Below, piece after piece: positions 35,134-46,238 of a stretch of 64,000 nt of DNA. Location: positions 32,001 through 96,000 of the forward strand of contig CAWJTV010000011.1 in the NCBI GenBank assembly GCA_963845755.1, in the 5' to 3' direction. The stretch is from an uncultured Planctomycetota bacterium. GTDB lineage: Bacteria > Planctomycetota > Planctomycetia > Isosphaerales > Isosphaeraceae. A program made the translations under genes and the position numbers. The number at the start of each line of letters is the position of its first letter. Positions within the stretch are counted from its first letter, which is position 1. Under the pieces are notes generated by a model. That model searched no databases. It saw only the letters and a list, made by a program, of their open reading frames with translations, and had not been told where the DNA came from.

Positions 35134-36696
35134 TCAATTGCAGGAGAGGCAGGTCGGGACAACGACCGGCACCATCGTGCACTGCTGGACGGCGATCTGC
35201 CGCGGGACGAGGCGAGCGACGCACCGATTTACGGTGACGGGGACCTGCTCGGAGACACACACCGGCACCTGGCGCGACGCGGTCTCGGCCACCATCCGGC
35301 ACGTCGTGACCGGGACCCGTTCGGACCGCTGTTCGCTGACGTACTGGCAGGTAGTGACGGGGATCGTCTCCACCCGCTCCTCCGCCACCATCTGACACGT
35401 CTGGACCTCGTACGGCTCGACGTGCTCCTCGGCGACATACTGGCAGGTCGTGACGGGGATCGTCTCCGCCCGCTCCTCGGCCACCATCTGGCACGTCCGC
35501 ACCTCGTATGGCTCGACATGTTCCTCGGCGACATACTGGCAGGTGGTGACGGGGATCGTCTCCACCTGCTCCTCGGCCACCATCCGGCACGTCCGCACCT
35601 CATAAGGGTTCGACATGCTGCTCCGCGACGTACTGGCAGGTGGTGACGGGGATCGTCTCCACCCGCTCCTCCGCCACCATCCGGCAGGTCTGTACGGGGA
35701 CCTTGCGGATCATTGTCTCACGGACGTAGCGGGTCTCGCTCACCGTGCGGACCGTCGGCCGCGACACGAAGACCCGCTGGCTGACGACCCGCGGCGCACA
35801 CTGGACGGCGACGGTCGCGGTGACTTTCTTGTGGTGAAAGCAGCTAAAGAGCCCGCGTTTTTCGCAACCGCAATCCTCGGCGGGCACGCGGACCTTGCGC
35901 TCGACGATCGGGCCTGGCTCGGTGGTGTACTGCCGCTCGTAATATCCGCACTCGACGACTTCCTGGCGACAGGTTGTCACCGGACGGCGGACGATGTACG
36001 ACTGGTTGACCATCGCTGTCTCATACACCGGCCTCATCACGGTCGTGCGCCGCTCCTGGTTGACCGTCTGGTAAACCGGCTTCATCACCGTATAGCGCCG
36101 TTCGCGCTGTTCGGTCTGGTAGACCGGCTTCATGACTGTGTAGCGCCGTTCCTGGTTGACCGTCTGGTACACCGGCTTGCGGACCGTGTACCGCCGCTCC
36201 ATCTGCTGGGTCTTCACGACCGGTCGGTAGACGGTATAACGCCGTTCGTGGTTGACCGTCTGATAGACCGGCTTCATCACGCGGTAGCGCCGCTCGCGGC
36301 GCTCGGTCTGGTAGACCGGCTTCATCACGCGGTAGTGTCGCTGCTGATTGACCGTCTGGTAGACCGGCTTCATCACGGTGTAAGGTCGTTCGACATAGGA
36401 GGTTTCTGCGACGGGCCTCATGACGGTATAATTCTCCGTCTTGTAGGCCATGCGATAGCGCGTCTCCATGACCGTCATCGGTTCCGAATCGTAGACGGTC
36501 TCATAAACGGTCTGGTAGACGGTTTGCACCTGGGGGGCCAAGGCCACCACATTGCACTGACTTTCCACCACGGCCGGCGGCGCACAGCGGTGGCAGGCGC
36601 CCCGCCATAGGTGGCCCAGGCCGGCTCCGAAAACCCCCCGAAGAAGGAGACGATCGCCCCAGCGATCAGATACATCCTTTTCGTGAACGTGAACAT
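35134..36696 (-). CDS. Secreted Val/Thr/Tyr/Cys-rich repeat protein, two frameshifts
   Basis: Signal-like MFTFTKRMYLIAGAIV...PAWA; repeats RRYTVMKPVYQTV and RMVAEERVETIPVTTCQYVAEEHVEPYEVRTC. Confidence 0.8.
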
Positions 36697-37348
36697 GCAT
36701 GACTCCTCGGCGGATTCTGGGGCCTCCTTGCCGCTCCTGTGGGTAGTGGCTATTGATGCGCAATCCGCTCAAGGCCATCGCGCCGAGCAGCCGAAGTTTG
36801 TCAATTGCGCACTTGCGCCGATGGCTCACGGTGATGAGTATATCATCCGTCGAATCGCAAAATCGGACAGAAACCAAGATTCACCAAAGTGCGAGGTCGC
36901 CCTGTGCCGATAACGACGAGTTGAGCGTCGTCTTCGACAACACCTCCTCCAGAGCAAGGGATGTGCCCGCGCAATAGCCTGGCGTGGGGGCCGGGCCGGC
37001 GCTGACGGAGAAAAGCTCGACAGGGCCGTGCTTTACGATTGTTTCGCGAGCCTTGGTCCAAAGACTCCGGAGGACTGGAACGGCGCTCGGCCTTGAACTT
37101 TTTACATGGCCGAAAATGCCAACCGATCTCGTCGGTTTCGGTGTTACCAGCTCCGAGTCCCCGGTTCGAAATCAACCGGCAACTCGAGCGGCTCACGTTT
37201 GGGTTGCACACGGGTCCGTGTGTGTTCTGTGCGCACCAATCCCCATGGCAGGCGATCTCCGGTGCTCGCAGAGCACGCTACTGCGAACACAGCACCTGGT
37301 TCCAACCCCAAAACCTCACGCCCTCCCCGTTCCAAATCGTTAAACGTT

Positions 37349-38392
37349 CTAGGCGTCCCCCAGAGCCCGCAACGTTTCGATGGCCTGGCTACGGACGCTG
37401 ACGAGGCCGGAGGTGGTCAGTTTTTCGAGCTCGGCGCGGAGGGATTTGGCCAACTGGGGCGCCCCGTTGCGGACGGATGATCGGAGCGCTTCGATGGCTT
37501 CGAGTTGAATGGCCTCGATCTTGTTCTGCTTCTCCGTGGCCGACTCCATCCCGATCACCTTGTTGAGGTCGGAGGTGGAGAGCATCTCGCGAAGGGTGGC
37601 TTGAGCGGCGGAGTCGCCGCGCCGGCCCAGCGCGATGGCGGCGTTGTAGCGAGTGAATCGGTCTTCGTCCGAGTGGATACGATCGCGGAGGATCGGGCTG
37701 ACCTCGGGACCGCCGAAGAATCCCAGGGCGTAAACGGCCATCTGGCGGAGTTGCGGATTGCTATCGGCGGCCGTCTCGCCAAGAGCCTTGACGGCGCGGG
37801 GATCGTCGAGCTTGCCATCGAGCCGGGCTGCTTGTTTGGCCAGGCTCCCGACCGCGGCAATCCGGATGACGAGATCGAACTGGGGTTCCATCGCCCGAAT
37901 GAGCGGGACGAGCGGGTTGACCGGTTGACCGCTCTGCGTCTGGGCTTCCAGCGTCTGGAACGTGCCCAGGGTGAGGGCCACGTACTGGGCCAATTTCGGG
38001 TCGTCTCGCAGTTTGGGGTTCTCGTAGTGGTCCAGCTCGCGGGAGAGCAATTCCGTCAACGCGCCGAGGAGCTTCGGATCGCCGGAAACCGCCGGATCAT
38101 TCTGAATCAGGCTGGCCAACTCGAAGGCCGATCGCCAGTTGGCCGTCGGAAGCTGAAGCTGCCGGACGTACTCCATGGCATCGCGTTCGCCGCCGGCCAA
38201 TTTGCCGAACAAGAGCCAGACGATGATGACCACCAAAACCACCAGCGCCGGAATGACGAAGAGCTGCACGACGAACCCCGCCGACGGAGCCTCGACCGGC
38301 GGCAAGTCAGGCAACGGCGGGGGCTTGTCCACTTCGGCCCCGAGGTTGGCAAAGGGATCACTGGTCGAATTGGAAGCGATCGGATGGCTCAT
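37349..38392 (-). CDS. Membrane-anchored HEAT-repeat protein
   Basis: TM FVIPALVVLVVIIVWLLFG; LRQMAVYALG, TRYNAAIALG. Confidence 0.85.
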   Translation of the reverse strand: MSHPIASNSTSDPFANLGAEVDKPPPLPDLPPVEAPSAGFVVQLFVIPALVVLVVIIVWLLFGKLAGGERDAMEYVRQLQLPTANWRSAFELASLIQNDPAVSGDPKLLGALTELLSRELDHYENPKLRDDPKLAQYVALTLGTFQTLEAQTQSGQPVNPLVPLIRAMEPQFDLVIRIAAVGSLAKQAARLDGKLDDPRAVKALGETAADSNPQLRQMAVYALGFFGGPEVSPILRDRIHSDEDRFTRYNAAIALGRRGDSAAQATLREMLSTSDLNKVIGMESATEKQNKIEAIQLEAIEALRSSVRNGAPQLAKSLRAELEKLTTSGLVSVRSQAIETLRALGDA

Positions 38393-38593
38393 GAGTGCGG
38401 TTGCTTCATCGTCGGAATTCCAAGGTCAATCATGACATCGGGCGGAATCGCTCGGGGCGTTCCGGCCCGATCTCCCCAAGTTCAGTGTAGAGATTCCGGC
38501 CAGTACGTCAAGCAAGCCGGGCGGGCCGAGTCGGTTGATTCCTGCGTGAGTACGTCCCGTCCGCACAAAGGAGGAATCGGATCGTCTCGTGAG

Positions 38594-41500
38594 CTAGGGC
38601 CGCCCCAAGTGGCGTCGGACGAGCGGATGGTGACGAATGTCGAACCACATCGGGAGAACCGCTGGCCTGCGCTCAGGAAGGGCGCGCGTTGCCTGGTCGG
38701 CGGCTTCGGCCTCATGGTTCCTGGCCTGGGTCGTGTGGCCCTTGAGCTTGGTCAGGTGTGGAGGCCCGTGCCCTTTGTCGCCCGCTTTGAGATGATGCTT
38801 CGAGGGGAATTGCGGAGAGAATGTGTTGCCGGGGATGTTCGTCGCGAGTCCTGAGCCTAATGCCGTACCTGGGGTTTCAGTCCCGCTGGAGTTCGGCGTA
38901 CCAGTCGTTTCCAAGCGAGTACTCTCGGTGTTGCCGGATGTCACGGGAGAGCTCGTGGTCGCCTGGCTTCCCACAGGCATGGTTACTAACACATGATTGG
39001 ACGCGATGGAAGTCTCGGAGTCGGAGGAGACGGCTGGGTCGATGAAGATCCCGCTGAGCACCGCGTTCACGCCGGCCTCGTGCGTGAACGTGATCACCAC
39101 GTCGCCTTGCACCGCCCAATTCAGGTACACCCCGTTTGTGAACGAGGAGACCGTCTCGGTGTCCAGGACCGTCCCCGTCGCCGCGTCGCTGATCTGGATC
39201 TGCTCGACCCGGCTCGGCGAGCTTTGCAGGTCGAGGAAGTACAGCTCGATATCGTGCGCCTTCCCGTCGATCAGGTCCAGGTTCACCGTGAAGCTGGTCG
39301 TGGAGTACCAGCACTCCTCGATCCGGCCGGAACCGCCCGGGTTCTGCAGCGCCTGGGGAGCCGTCGAGCTGGCTGACCAGACGTGGGTCAATTCGCCGCT
39401 AGGCGAGACGGTGGCATAGGGAGACAGGCTGGGCGTGTCGCCGATGACGTCGTAGCCCTGCGTGCCGTAGGTCCCGATCCAACCGCCTCGCGTCGTCGTG
39501 TCCGTCTTGAGGAACGAGGCCGAGGAGCCCGCGGGATCGATGAAGATCCCGCTGAGCACCGCGTTGGCGCCGGCCTCGTGCGTGATCGTGATCACCACGT
39601 CGCCTTGCACCGCCCAATCCAGATACACCCCACCGGTGAACGACGAGACCGTCTCGGTGTCCAGGACCGTCCCCGTCGCCGCGTCGCTGATCTGGATCTG
39701 CTCGACCCGACTCGGCGAGCTTTGCAGGTCGAGGAAGTACAGCTCGATATCGTGCAGTTGCCCGTCGATCAGGTCCAGGTTCACCGTGAAGCTGGTGGGA
39801 GAGTACCAGCACTCCTCGATCCGGCCGGATCCGCCCGGGTTCTGCAGCGCCTGGGGGGCGGTCGTGCTGGCCGACCAGACGTGGGTCAATTCGCCGCTGG
39901 GCGAGACGGTGGCGTAGGGGGACAGGCTGGGCGTGTCGCCGATGACGTCGTAGCCCTGCGTGCCGTAAGTCTTGATCCAACTGCCCTGGGTGGTCGTGTC
40001 CGTCTTGAGGAACGTGGCCGAGGAGGAGGTCGTTGCAGCCGGATCGACGAAGATCCCGCTGAGCACCGCGTTCGCGCCAGTCTCGTGCGTGATCGTGATC
40101 GTCACGTCGCCCTGCACCGCCCAATTCAGGTACACCCCGTTTGTGAACGAGGAGACCGTCTCGGTGTCCAGGACCGTCCCCGTCGTCGCGTCGCTGATCT
40201 GGATCTGCTCGACCCGACTCGGCGAGCTTTGCAGGTCGAGCATGTACAGCTCGATGTCGTGCGCCTTCCCGTCGATCAGGTCCAGGTTCACCGTGAAGCT
40301 GGTGGGAGAGTACCAGCACTCCTCGATCCGGCCGGATCCGCCAGGGTTCTGCAGCGCCTGGGGGGCGGTCGTGCTGGCCGACCAGACGTGGGTCAATTCG
40401 CCGCTGGGCGAGACGGTGGCGTAGGGAGACAGGCTGGGCGTGTCGCCGATGACGTCGTAGCCCTGCGTGCCGTAGGTCCCGATCCAACCGCCTCGCGTCG
40501 TCGTGTCCGTCTTGAGGAACGTGGCCGATGCTTGGTTCCCGGCCGTGATGTTCACAGTGAAAGTCCCCATCCTCCCAGTCGCGACGGCGTTGCCGCTCAG
40601 GTCGGTGACCGGCGTGCCGCCGAGGCTCACCGCGTACGTGCCGTTATCGTTGGCCGACCAGGAGCCGCCGGGGGGCGTGATCTGGTAGGTCACGACGAAT
40701 CCCTTCGCATTGCCGACCGCGTCAGTCGATCCGGTCGTCTCGGTGGAGATCACGGTCGCGGTGATCGGGGCGACGCCGCCGGGTGGGCTCACTTGCACGA
40801 CGGTGCCCGGTAGGCTGGTGCCCGCGACCGCCGTATTGTCGGTGTAAGTGACGGTGAAAACGTATGGGTTCGCGGAGGAGGCGTTGGAGGCCGTGACGTT
40901 GGGCGCACTCAGGCTGGCGGTCGGGGGTGATGTGTCGGCGATCGCGTTCGACTGATAGGCGCCAATATCCGTGCCGTTGGAGCTGGTCCGTGGGCCGTAG
41001 CCGCGCTGGTCGGTCAAGAGATCCTCGGGATTGGACCCGGCGCCGATGGCCGGGCTGCCCGTCTGCAAGGCAATGGTCGGGGTCGGGCCGCCGTTACTCG
41101 CAAGCCCCGCGGTGGCGAGGAGGGGGTTGACCCCGAGCAGGTTCTTCTTGTTGGTGCCCACTGTGCCGTTGATCACGGGAGTCTGGAACAGGCAGGACAG
41201 CGCATTGACGGGGCCGGAGTAATCCACGGGGCCGTTGCCGGCGAAGAGGGTGCTCACCGCCATGACGGTCCCCGCGACCTGGTCCACGCCCCCCACGGAA
41301 CCTGCGCCGGCCTGGGTGTTCAGGGCGATGGTGCTGTTGTCGAGGTCGACGGTTCCTCCGTCGATATAGCAACCGCCGCCGTGAGCGGTGCCCGCCAGGC
41401 CAGACGACCCCGAGGCGCCGTTGCCCAGCCCCAGGCTGCCTCCCTTGCCACCCGGGCCGCCACTTCCCGCCGCCCCCCCGCGAACCGAATTCTCGGCGAC

Positions 41501-44500
41501 GGTATTGTTGACCAGCGTGAGCGCCCCGCCGGCGACAAACAGTCCGCCCCCCTGACCCTGACCGCCATCGCCGCCGGGTCCGCCGTTTCCGCCGGTCACC
41601 CCGCCGCCTCCGAAGAAGCTGCTGCTTGTCCCGAAGATCAGGGGGATGCCGCCGTCGAGGCCGCCATGTTGGTGCGCGGGAGAGCCAGCCCGGTGCTTGA
41701 CGATCACGCCGGCCCCCCCAGACCCTCCCGACCCCCCACCAAGACTACCACTGAGACCGCCCGCGAGGGCGCCGGAACCGCCGGCGCCGCCGGAACCGCC
41801 GGCGCCACCGTTGGCCGCGTTACCGCTGAAGGTGTCGCCGTCGAACAGGACGGTTCCTGCCGCGAGGAACAAGCCGCCCCCTTGCCCGATCCCGCCGAGG
41901 CCGCCGGTGCCGCCGCTGCCCCCGACAACGACCGACCCGCCGCTGCCCCCGGTGATGAGCGAGCCCAGGCCACCGAAGCCACCGGGACCGCCGCGTCCGC
42001 CGGCCCCGCCCTGGCCACCGATGGCCTGATTGTCGCTCAGGGTCGTGAGCGCCAGGGTCAGCGCCCCACCGTCGACGTAAAACCCGCCGCCCGCGGCCGC
42101 ACCGCCGGGACCGCCGACCCCGCCGAGGCCGCCATTGCCACCGTGTCCGAAACCGGTCGGGAATCCGCTGCCGGTCGTCGGTAATCCCGGCAGGCTGCTG
42201 CCGGTCGGCAATGAGAACGTGGTGCTGGCCACCAGGCTGCTCCCCGGTCCACCGGCGCCTCCGGCTCCGCCCTGGCCCCCCACGGCGGAATCGCCCTGAA
42301 GCAGGTCCTTATTGAGAGTCAGGCTCCCCGCCGCGAGATAGAAGGCCCCGCCAGCCGCAGCTCCGCCGGCCCCACCAGGACCTCCCGAGCCGCCGGCTTT
42401 GCTCTCTCCGCCGATTCCACCGGCTCCGCCGAATCCGCCGGCTCCGCCGAGGGCTTCGTTGGTGGCGAAGGAGTCGTTGGCCCCGAAGAACTGGCCGCCC
42501 GCCACGTAGAGGCCGCCGCCGGCCGCCGTCCCCCCTCGACCACCGCCGCCGCCGGTTACCGCCGCGCTGGGGTGGGCGGTATTCCGGGCGCTGCCTTTCC
42601 CCCCATTGCCACCATCGCCCCCGAGGGCGAAGTTGCCGCTGATCGTGTCGTTGTTCAAGCTCAGGGTTCCGGCGGCCAGGTAGATGCCGCCGCCCCGGCC
42701 GGGATCGCCGTTCCCGCCGCCGCCGGCCGCCTTGCTGCTCCCGGCCGCTGCCCCGCTGGCGCCGGCGAGACCTTGGGCCCGGTTCTTCGTCAACGCGACG
42801 TGGGTCATCTCGACCGTGCCGCCGTCGATCAGCAGTGCACCGCCCAGCGCGGCCGTGCCCCCGAGGATGCCGCCCCCCGTGGCATTGCCTCCCTCGATCG
42901 ACAGGCCCTGGAACACGACCGTCACGTTCGCCTGACTCGTGCCCACGACCTCGAAGACCCGGTCGCTCCAGAGAGCCAGTCCCGGCTCGATGATCGTGCT
43001 CGTCTCCCCCTGGCCGACGATCGTCAGGGTCTTGTTCGGCAAGCTCGAGGTATTCTGGATCACGATCTGGCCCAGAGTCGTATCGGTGAGAACGTAAGTC
43101 GCCGTCGACAACACGATGGTGTTGCTCGCGTCGCCATTACTCTCGGCGGTGTTGATGGCATCGCGCAGGCTCGCATCGGTCGGCACCGGATAGAACGTCC
43201 CCGATCCGGGCGTCGGATTGGCGACGACATTGAAGGCCCCGGTCTTGACCGACGGGAAGTCGGAATCGGTAATCTGGAACGTGTAGCCTGTGCCGATCTT
43301 GTTGAGCGTCAGATTGTCGAAGACCGCCTGGCCGTGGCTGGCCCTCACGGTGAGCGTCCCGCCCAGGGTGGCGCCGGTGGGGTTGTTCGCCAGCGCGATG
43401 GTCATGGTGCCACCGTACTCGGGGTCCACGCCGCCCTGGACATCCTCGGCCGAGACGACGACCCCGAACGGGTCTCCAACGATGACGTTGCTCGGGGGCT
43501 GAGCGGTCACGACCATCTGGGTGGCGGCCCCATACGCGACCAGGTCGGGGATCAGCAGGTTGGCCTTCGGGCTGCCCAGGCCGGTGACCTCGTCGTAGCC
43601 GGGTCCGGCCTTGAACCCGCCGTTGCTGCCGCTGGTGATGTCGTGGAAATCGTTGCTGGAGACGGTATAGATGGCCGGCAGCGTCTGGCTGGGACCATCG
43701 AGGCTCGATGCCCCCGCCAGCACGCGTCCTTGATCGGCAATGGCGATCAGGCCCGACCAACTGGGTGCCGCGACGCTCGTGCCACCGATCGGGATCCATG
43801 CGCTGCCGTCCTGGGTCTCATCGAACGTGTCGTAGACGGCAACTCCCGTGTTGGGGTCGGCGTCCCAGGCGACGTCGGGGATGGTCCGCTTGCCGGTGCT
43901 CTGGACGCCGTCCTGGTAGGCCGGCTCGCTTTCGAACTGGCTCGTACCGCCGCCGCTGCCGGACCAGGCGGTCTCGCTCGCGATGGTGTTGTTCGCATTG
44001 AGGTCCAGCGTGGTCCCGCCGGTCGCCAGCACCTTGGGCGAGTAGGCCGGATAGTACCCCGGGGAGCCCGAGTCGCCCGTGGCCGCGATGAAGGTCACCC
44101 CTTGATGCCCACTCGGCGTGGTGAATGTGCTGTCGTTGGAGAGTTCACTCGAGACCTCGTCGAGCCCCCAGCTCATCGACACCACCGACACGCCGGGGAG
44201 ACTCGCCGCCGTCGCCACCGCCGTGAACAGGTCGGCATTGTTGGGGTCGGAGTCGGAGCTGGCCTCGACCAGATCGATGTTTGCCCCGGGAGCCATCGCA
44301 TGCGCCCATTCGATATCGAGGGCTTCCTCCATCTCCCAGTCCCCGTTGCCGCTGCCGGCCGATGGGTCCGTGCCCGGTAGGTTCGTGGTCTGGCCAGACT
44401 GGTTGAACTTGGTGAAGCTGGGCGGATCGGGCAGGCCGAATGTCTGATCGAAGACCGCCAGGTCGCTGCTGCCGAAATTGGGATCCGTACTATCGACGAA

Positions 44501-44833
44501 GTCGGGATCGTCGTAAGCGTCGACGATCGCAATGGTCTGGCCGGACCCATCCCCCTGGACCGTCCCGTACATGATGTTATTCAGGCCGTACGCCGTGCGA
44601 ATCTGGTCGGGGGCGTAGCCGCCCACGGGACCGCCGCTGATCTGGGGCTCGCCGTCTCCCGAGCCGGGCGTCGAACCCCATGGGCCGGGCATCGACACGT
44701 GACCACCGATCACGATCGGCAGCGTGATCGATGACGACGCCAGCAGGGTCCGCTTCTCCAGGTCTTCCAGAATCGGACGGAGGGATGGCTTGCGGATCGT
44801 CCGGAGACGATGCCATCGCGGTCGGGAGGACAT
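38594..44833 (-). CDS. Giant secreted S53 (sedolisin-like) peptidase with Gly-rich region and three C-terminal repeats
   Basis: LEKRTLL; EEALDIEW, ATGDSG, GGTSVAAP, GYDEVTGLGSP; LASNGGPTPTIAL...DQRG. Confidence 0.92.
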   Translation of the reverse strand: MSSRPRWHRLRTIRKPSLRPILEDLEKRTLLASSSITLPIVIGGHVSMPGPWGSTPGSGDGEPQISGGPVGGYAPDQIRTAYGLNNIMYGTVQGDGSGQTIAIVDAYDDPDFVDSTDPNFGSSDLAVFDQTFGLPDPPSFTKFNQSGQTTNLPGTDPSAGSGNGDWEMEEALDIEWAHAMAPGANIDLVEASSDSDPNNADLFTAVATAASLPGVSVVSMSWGLDEVSSELSNDSTFTTPSGHQGVTFIAATGDSGSPGYYPAYSPKVLATGGTTLDLNANNTIASETAWSGSGGGTSQFESEPAYQDGVQSTGKRTIPDVAWDADPNTGVAVYDTFDETQDGSAWIPIGGTSVAAPSWSGLIAIADQGRVLAGASSLDGPSQTLPAIYTVSSNDFHDITSGSNGGFKAGPGYDEVTGLGSPKANLLIPDLVAYGAATQMVVTAQPPSNVIVGDPFGVVVSAEDVQGGVDPEYGGTMTIALANNPTGATLGGTLTVRASHGQAVFDNLTLNKIGTGYTFQITDSDFPSVKTGAFNVVANPTPGSGTFYPVPTDASLRDAINTAESNGDASNTIVLSTATYVLTDTTLGQIVIQNTSSLPNKTLTIVGQGETSTIIEPGLALWSDRVFEVVGTSQANVTVVFQGLSIEGGNATGGGILGGTAALGGALLIDGGTVEMTHVALTKNRAQGLAGASGAAAGSSKAAGGGGNGDPGRGGGIYLAAGTLSLNNDTISGNFALGGDGGNGGKGSARNTAHPSAAVTGGGGGRGGTAAGGGLYVAGGQFFGANDSFATNEALGGAGGFGGAGGIGGESKAGGSGGPGGAGGAAAGGAFYLAAGSLTLNKDLLQGDSAVGGQGGAGGAGGPGSSLVASTTFSLPTGSSLPGLPTTGSGFPTGFGHGGNGGLGGVGGPGGAAAGGGFYVDGGALTLALTTLSDNQAIGGQGGAGGRGGPGGFGGLGSLITGGSGGSVVVGGSGGTGGLGGIGQGGGLFLAAGTVLFDGDTFSGNAANGGAGGSGGAGGSGALAGGLSGSLGGGSGGSGGAGVIVKHRAGSPAHQHGGLDGGIPLIFGTSSSFFGGGGVTGGNGGPGGDGGQGQGGGLFVAGGALTLVNNTVAENSVRGGAAGSGGPGGKGGSLGLGNGASGSSGLAGTAHGGGCYIDGGTVDLDNSTIALNTQAGAGSVGGVDQVAGTVMAVSTLFAGNGPVDYSGPVNALSCLFQTPVINGTVGTNKKNLLGVNPLLATAGLASNGGPTPTIALQTGSPAIGAGSNPEDLLTDQRGYGPRTSSNGTDIGAYQSNAIADTSPPTASLSAPNVTASNASSANPYVFTVTYTDNTAVAGTSLPGTVVQVSPPGGVAPITATVISTETTGSTDAVGNAKGFVVTYQITPPGGSWSANDNGTYAVSLGGTPVTDLSGNAVATGRMGTFTVNITAGNQASATFLKTDTTTRGGWIGTYGTQGYDVIGDTPSLSPYATVSPSGELTHVWSASTTAPQALQNPGGSGRIEECWYSPTSFTVNLDLIDGKAHDIELYMLDLQSSPSRVEQIQISDATTGTVLDTETVSSFTNGVYLNWAVQGDVTITITHETGANAVLSGIFVDPAATTSSSATFLKTDTTTQGSWIKTYGTQGYDVIGDTPSLSPYATVSPSGELTHVWSASTTAPQALQNPGGSGRIEECWYSPTSFTVNLDLIDGQLHDIELYFLDLQSSPSRVEQIQISDAATGTVLDTETVSSFTGGVYLDWAVQGDVVITITHEAGANAVLSGIFIDPAGSSASFLKTDTTTRGGWIGTYGTQGYDVIGDTPSLSPYATVSPSGELTHVWSASSTAPQALQNPGGSGRIEECWYSTTSFTVNLDLIDGKAHDIELYFLDLQSSPSRVEQIQISDAATGTVLDTETVSSFTNGVYLNWAVQGDVVITFTHEAGVNAVLSGIFIDPAVSSDSETSIASNHVLVTMPVGSQATTSSPVTSGNTESTRLETTGTPNSSGTETPGTALGSGLATNIPGNTFSPQFPSKHHLKAGDKGHGPPHLTKLKGHTTQARNHEAEAADQATRALPERRPAVLPMWFDIRHHPLVRRHLGRP
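39040..40525 (-). repeat. Three near-identical intragenic ~500-bp repeats
   Basis: FLKTDTTT.G.WI.TYGTQGY...NAVLSGIF.DP three times. Confidence 0.92.
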
Positions 44834-45578
44834 GGGGATTCTCCTGGGTGCGGGGCACTCTTGATTGTTGAAGGCGAACCGACCGCGATCGATCCCCGAA
44901 GGATCGAAGCTTTCAGATGGGATCGATGGATGACGGGGACGGGCGCGGACTCTGCGTTGGCGGTCCAGCGGGACCAGTCGTGGACCGCACGCGCCATCAA
45001 TTCATCGGGTTTGCACGGATGACGTCTCTCGCTTGCAATGCCGTGTGAAGGAGACGATTGCCGGTGTATCGGCAAACGGCCTGGAAGGTCGAAAGCCTCC
45101 TGGGCGAACACAACGATCCTGACAATAGCGAATGACAGTCAGGAGGCAGACAAGGACATCGTCGCGGCCTGCGATCCTCGATGAAACAGCTTTCAAGATA
45201 ATGACTTCAGCCGAACGGAATGCAGGCGGGTACGGAGCTCGGGCAGGGCCTTTGGCGACACCGCACCTCAAGGGTGCGAGGGATTCAAGACCCGGCATCT
45301 CCAACAGATTTACGAGACATAATCGGAAAGTCAAGCCGAGCCGTTAAGATTTGCAAATGATGCTCGACGCAGTGAAAGGACCCAGATTGCCGCCACCTCA
45401 ATTCGGAGGCAGCCTGAAAACCACGTCGGCGCGGAACCCGCAACTTCTCAGGATAGCGAACGCGCCTTGTGCCTCCTCTTCAATCGTGATCTCGCCATAT
45501 TGGGAAACGAACTCCTTGCATCCGGTGGCAATCCTTGTTCCAATGCGCAATCAGCACAGTTCAATGGCATGATGCTCG

Positions 45579-46238
45579 ATGTGCTCTTTGGGTGGCGCGC
45601 CTCTCTGGATGTCCTATCCGGTCGGGAGAGGGGATCACATGGGCCATCACCGGGATTCGCACGCGAGTCCCATTCGCTCCGTCGAATTTCACCTGAAACG
45701 CCTCGCGATGCGGTGGAACTTACCCGCTATCGAATGCGAGGACTGCACCCAGGAGGCCTGGCTCGCCCTGCGGGAAGAGCACTCGGACTGGGCGCCCGAC
45801 GAGCCGAGGGCCCTGACGTGGCTTGCTGCCGTCGTCCTCAACAAGGCGCGGGACTTCCATCGCCATCAGAAACGACACCCAGTCCGGCATCTCGATGACT
45901 TGCCCCCGATTTCCGTATTCGACGCCGTCCAATCACTGCCAGAGTCCGACCAGAACGGCCAAGATCGAGAGGTCATTTCCAAGCTTCGAGACAGTTTGAA
46001 CCGACTGAGTGAAATCAATCGTGAAATTCTCATATCGCGGATATTGCTTGGCTTGACCTATCGGGAGATTGGCGTGGCCATGAACCTGGGGGCGGAGCAA
46101 GTCAAGAAGCGCCACTCCCGAACCCTGCGTCGATTGCAAAAGGAGTTACGCCCGCACATGCGAGGGAGCGACGATGCTGGGGGGGGGGTAAATGGAACTT
46201 CCCATTCCGAATCCTGCTCATTTCGGGCTCTCCCGTAG
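45579..46238 (+). CDS. ECF sigma factor (start uncertain)
   Basis: EDCTQEAWL, TWLAAVVLNKARD, LTYREIG, VKKRHSRTLRRL. Confidence 0.8.
   Translation: MCSLGGAPLWMSYPVGRGDHMGHHRDSHASPIRSVEFHLKRLAMRWNLPAIECEDCTQEAWLALREEHSDWAPDEPRALTWLAAVVLNKARDFHRHQKRHPVRHLDDLPPISVFDAVQSLPESDQNGQDREVISKLRDSLNRLSEINREILISRILLGLTYREIGVAMNLGAEQVKKRHSRTLRRLQKELRPHMRGSDDAGGGVNGTSHSESCSFRALP

Noticed and set aside
35200..36420. Periodic DNA repeats as CRISPR or non-coding array
   Set aside because: The periods are multiples of three and encode protein repeats
39040..40525. Near-identical repeats as a DGR template/variable pair
   Set aside because: They are in-frame domain repeats with no adenine-specific pattern evident, and no reverse transcriptase is in the window
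46179..46188. G10 tract as a phase-variation switch
   Set aside because: It lies after the sigma4 region, so slippage would only change a short tail, and homopolymer length is unreliable in this assembly
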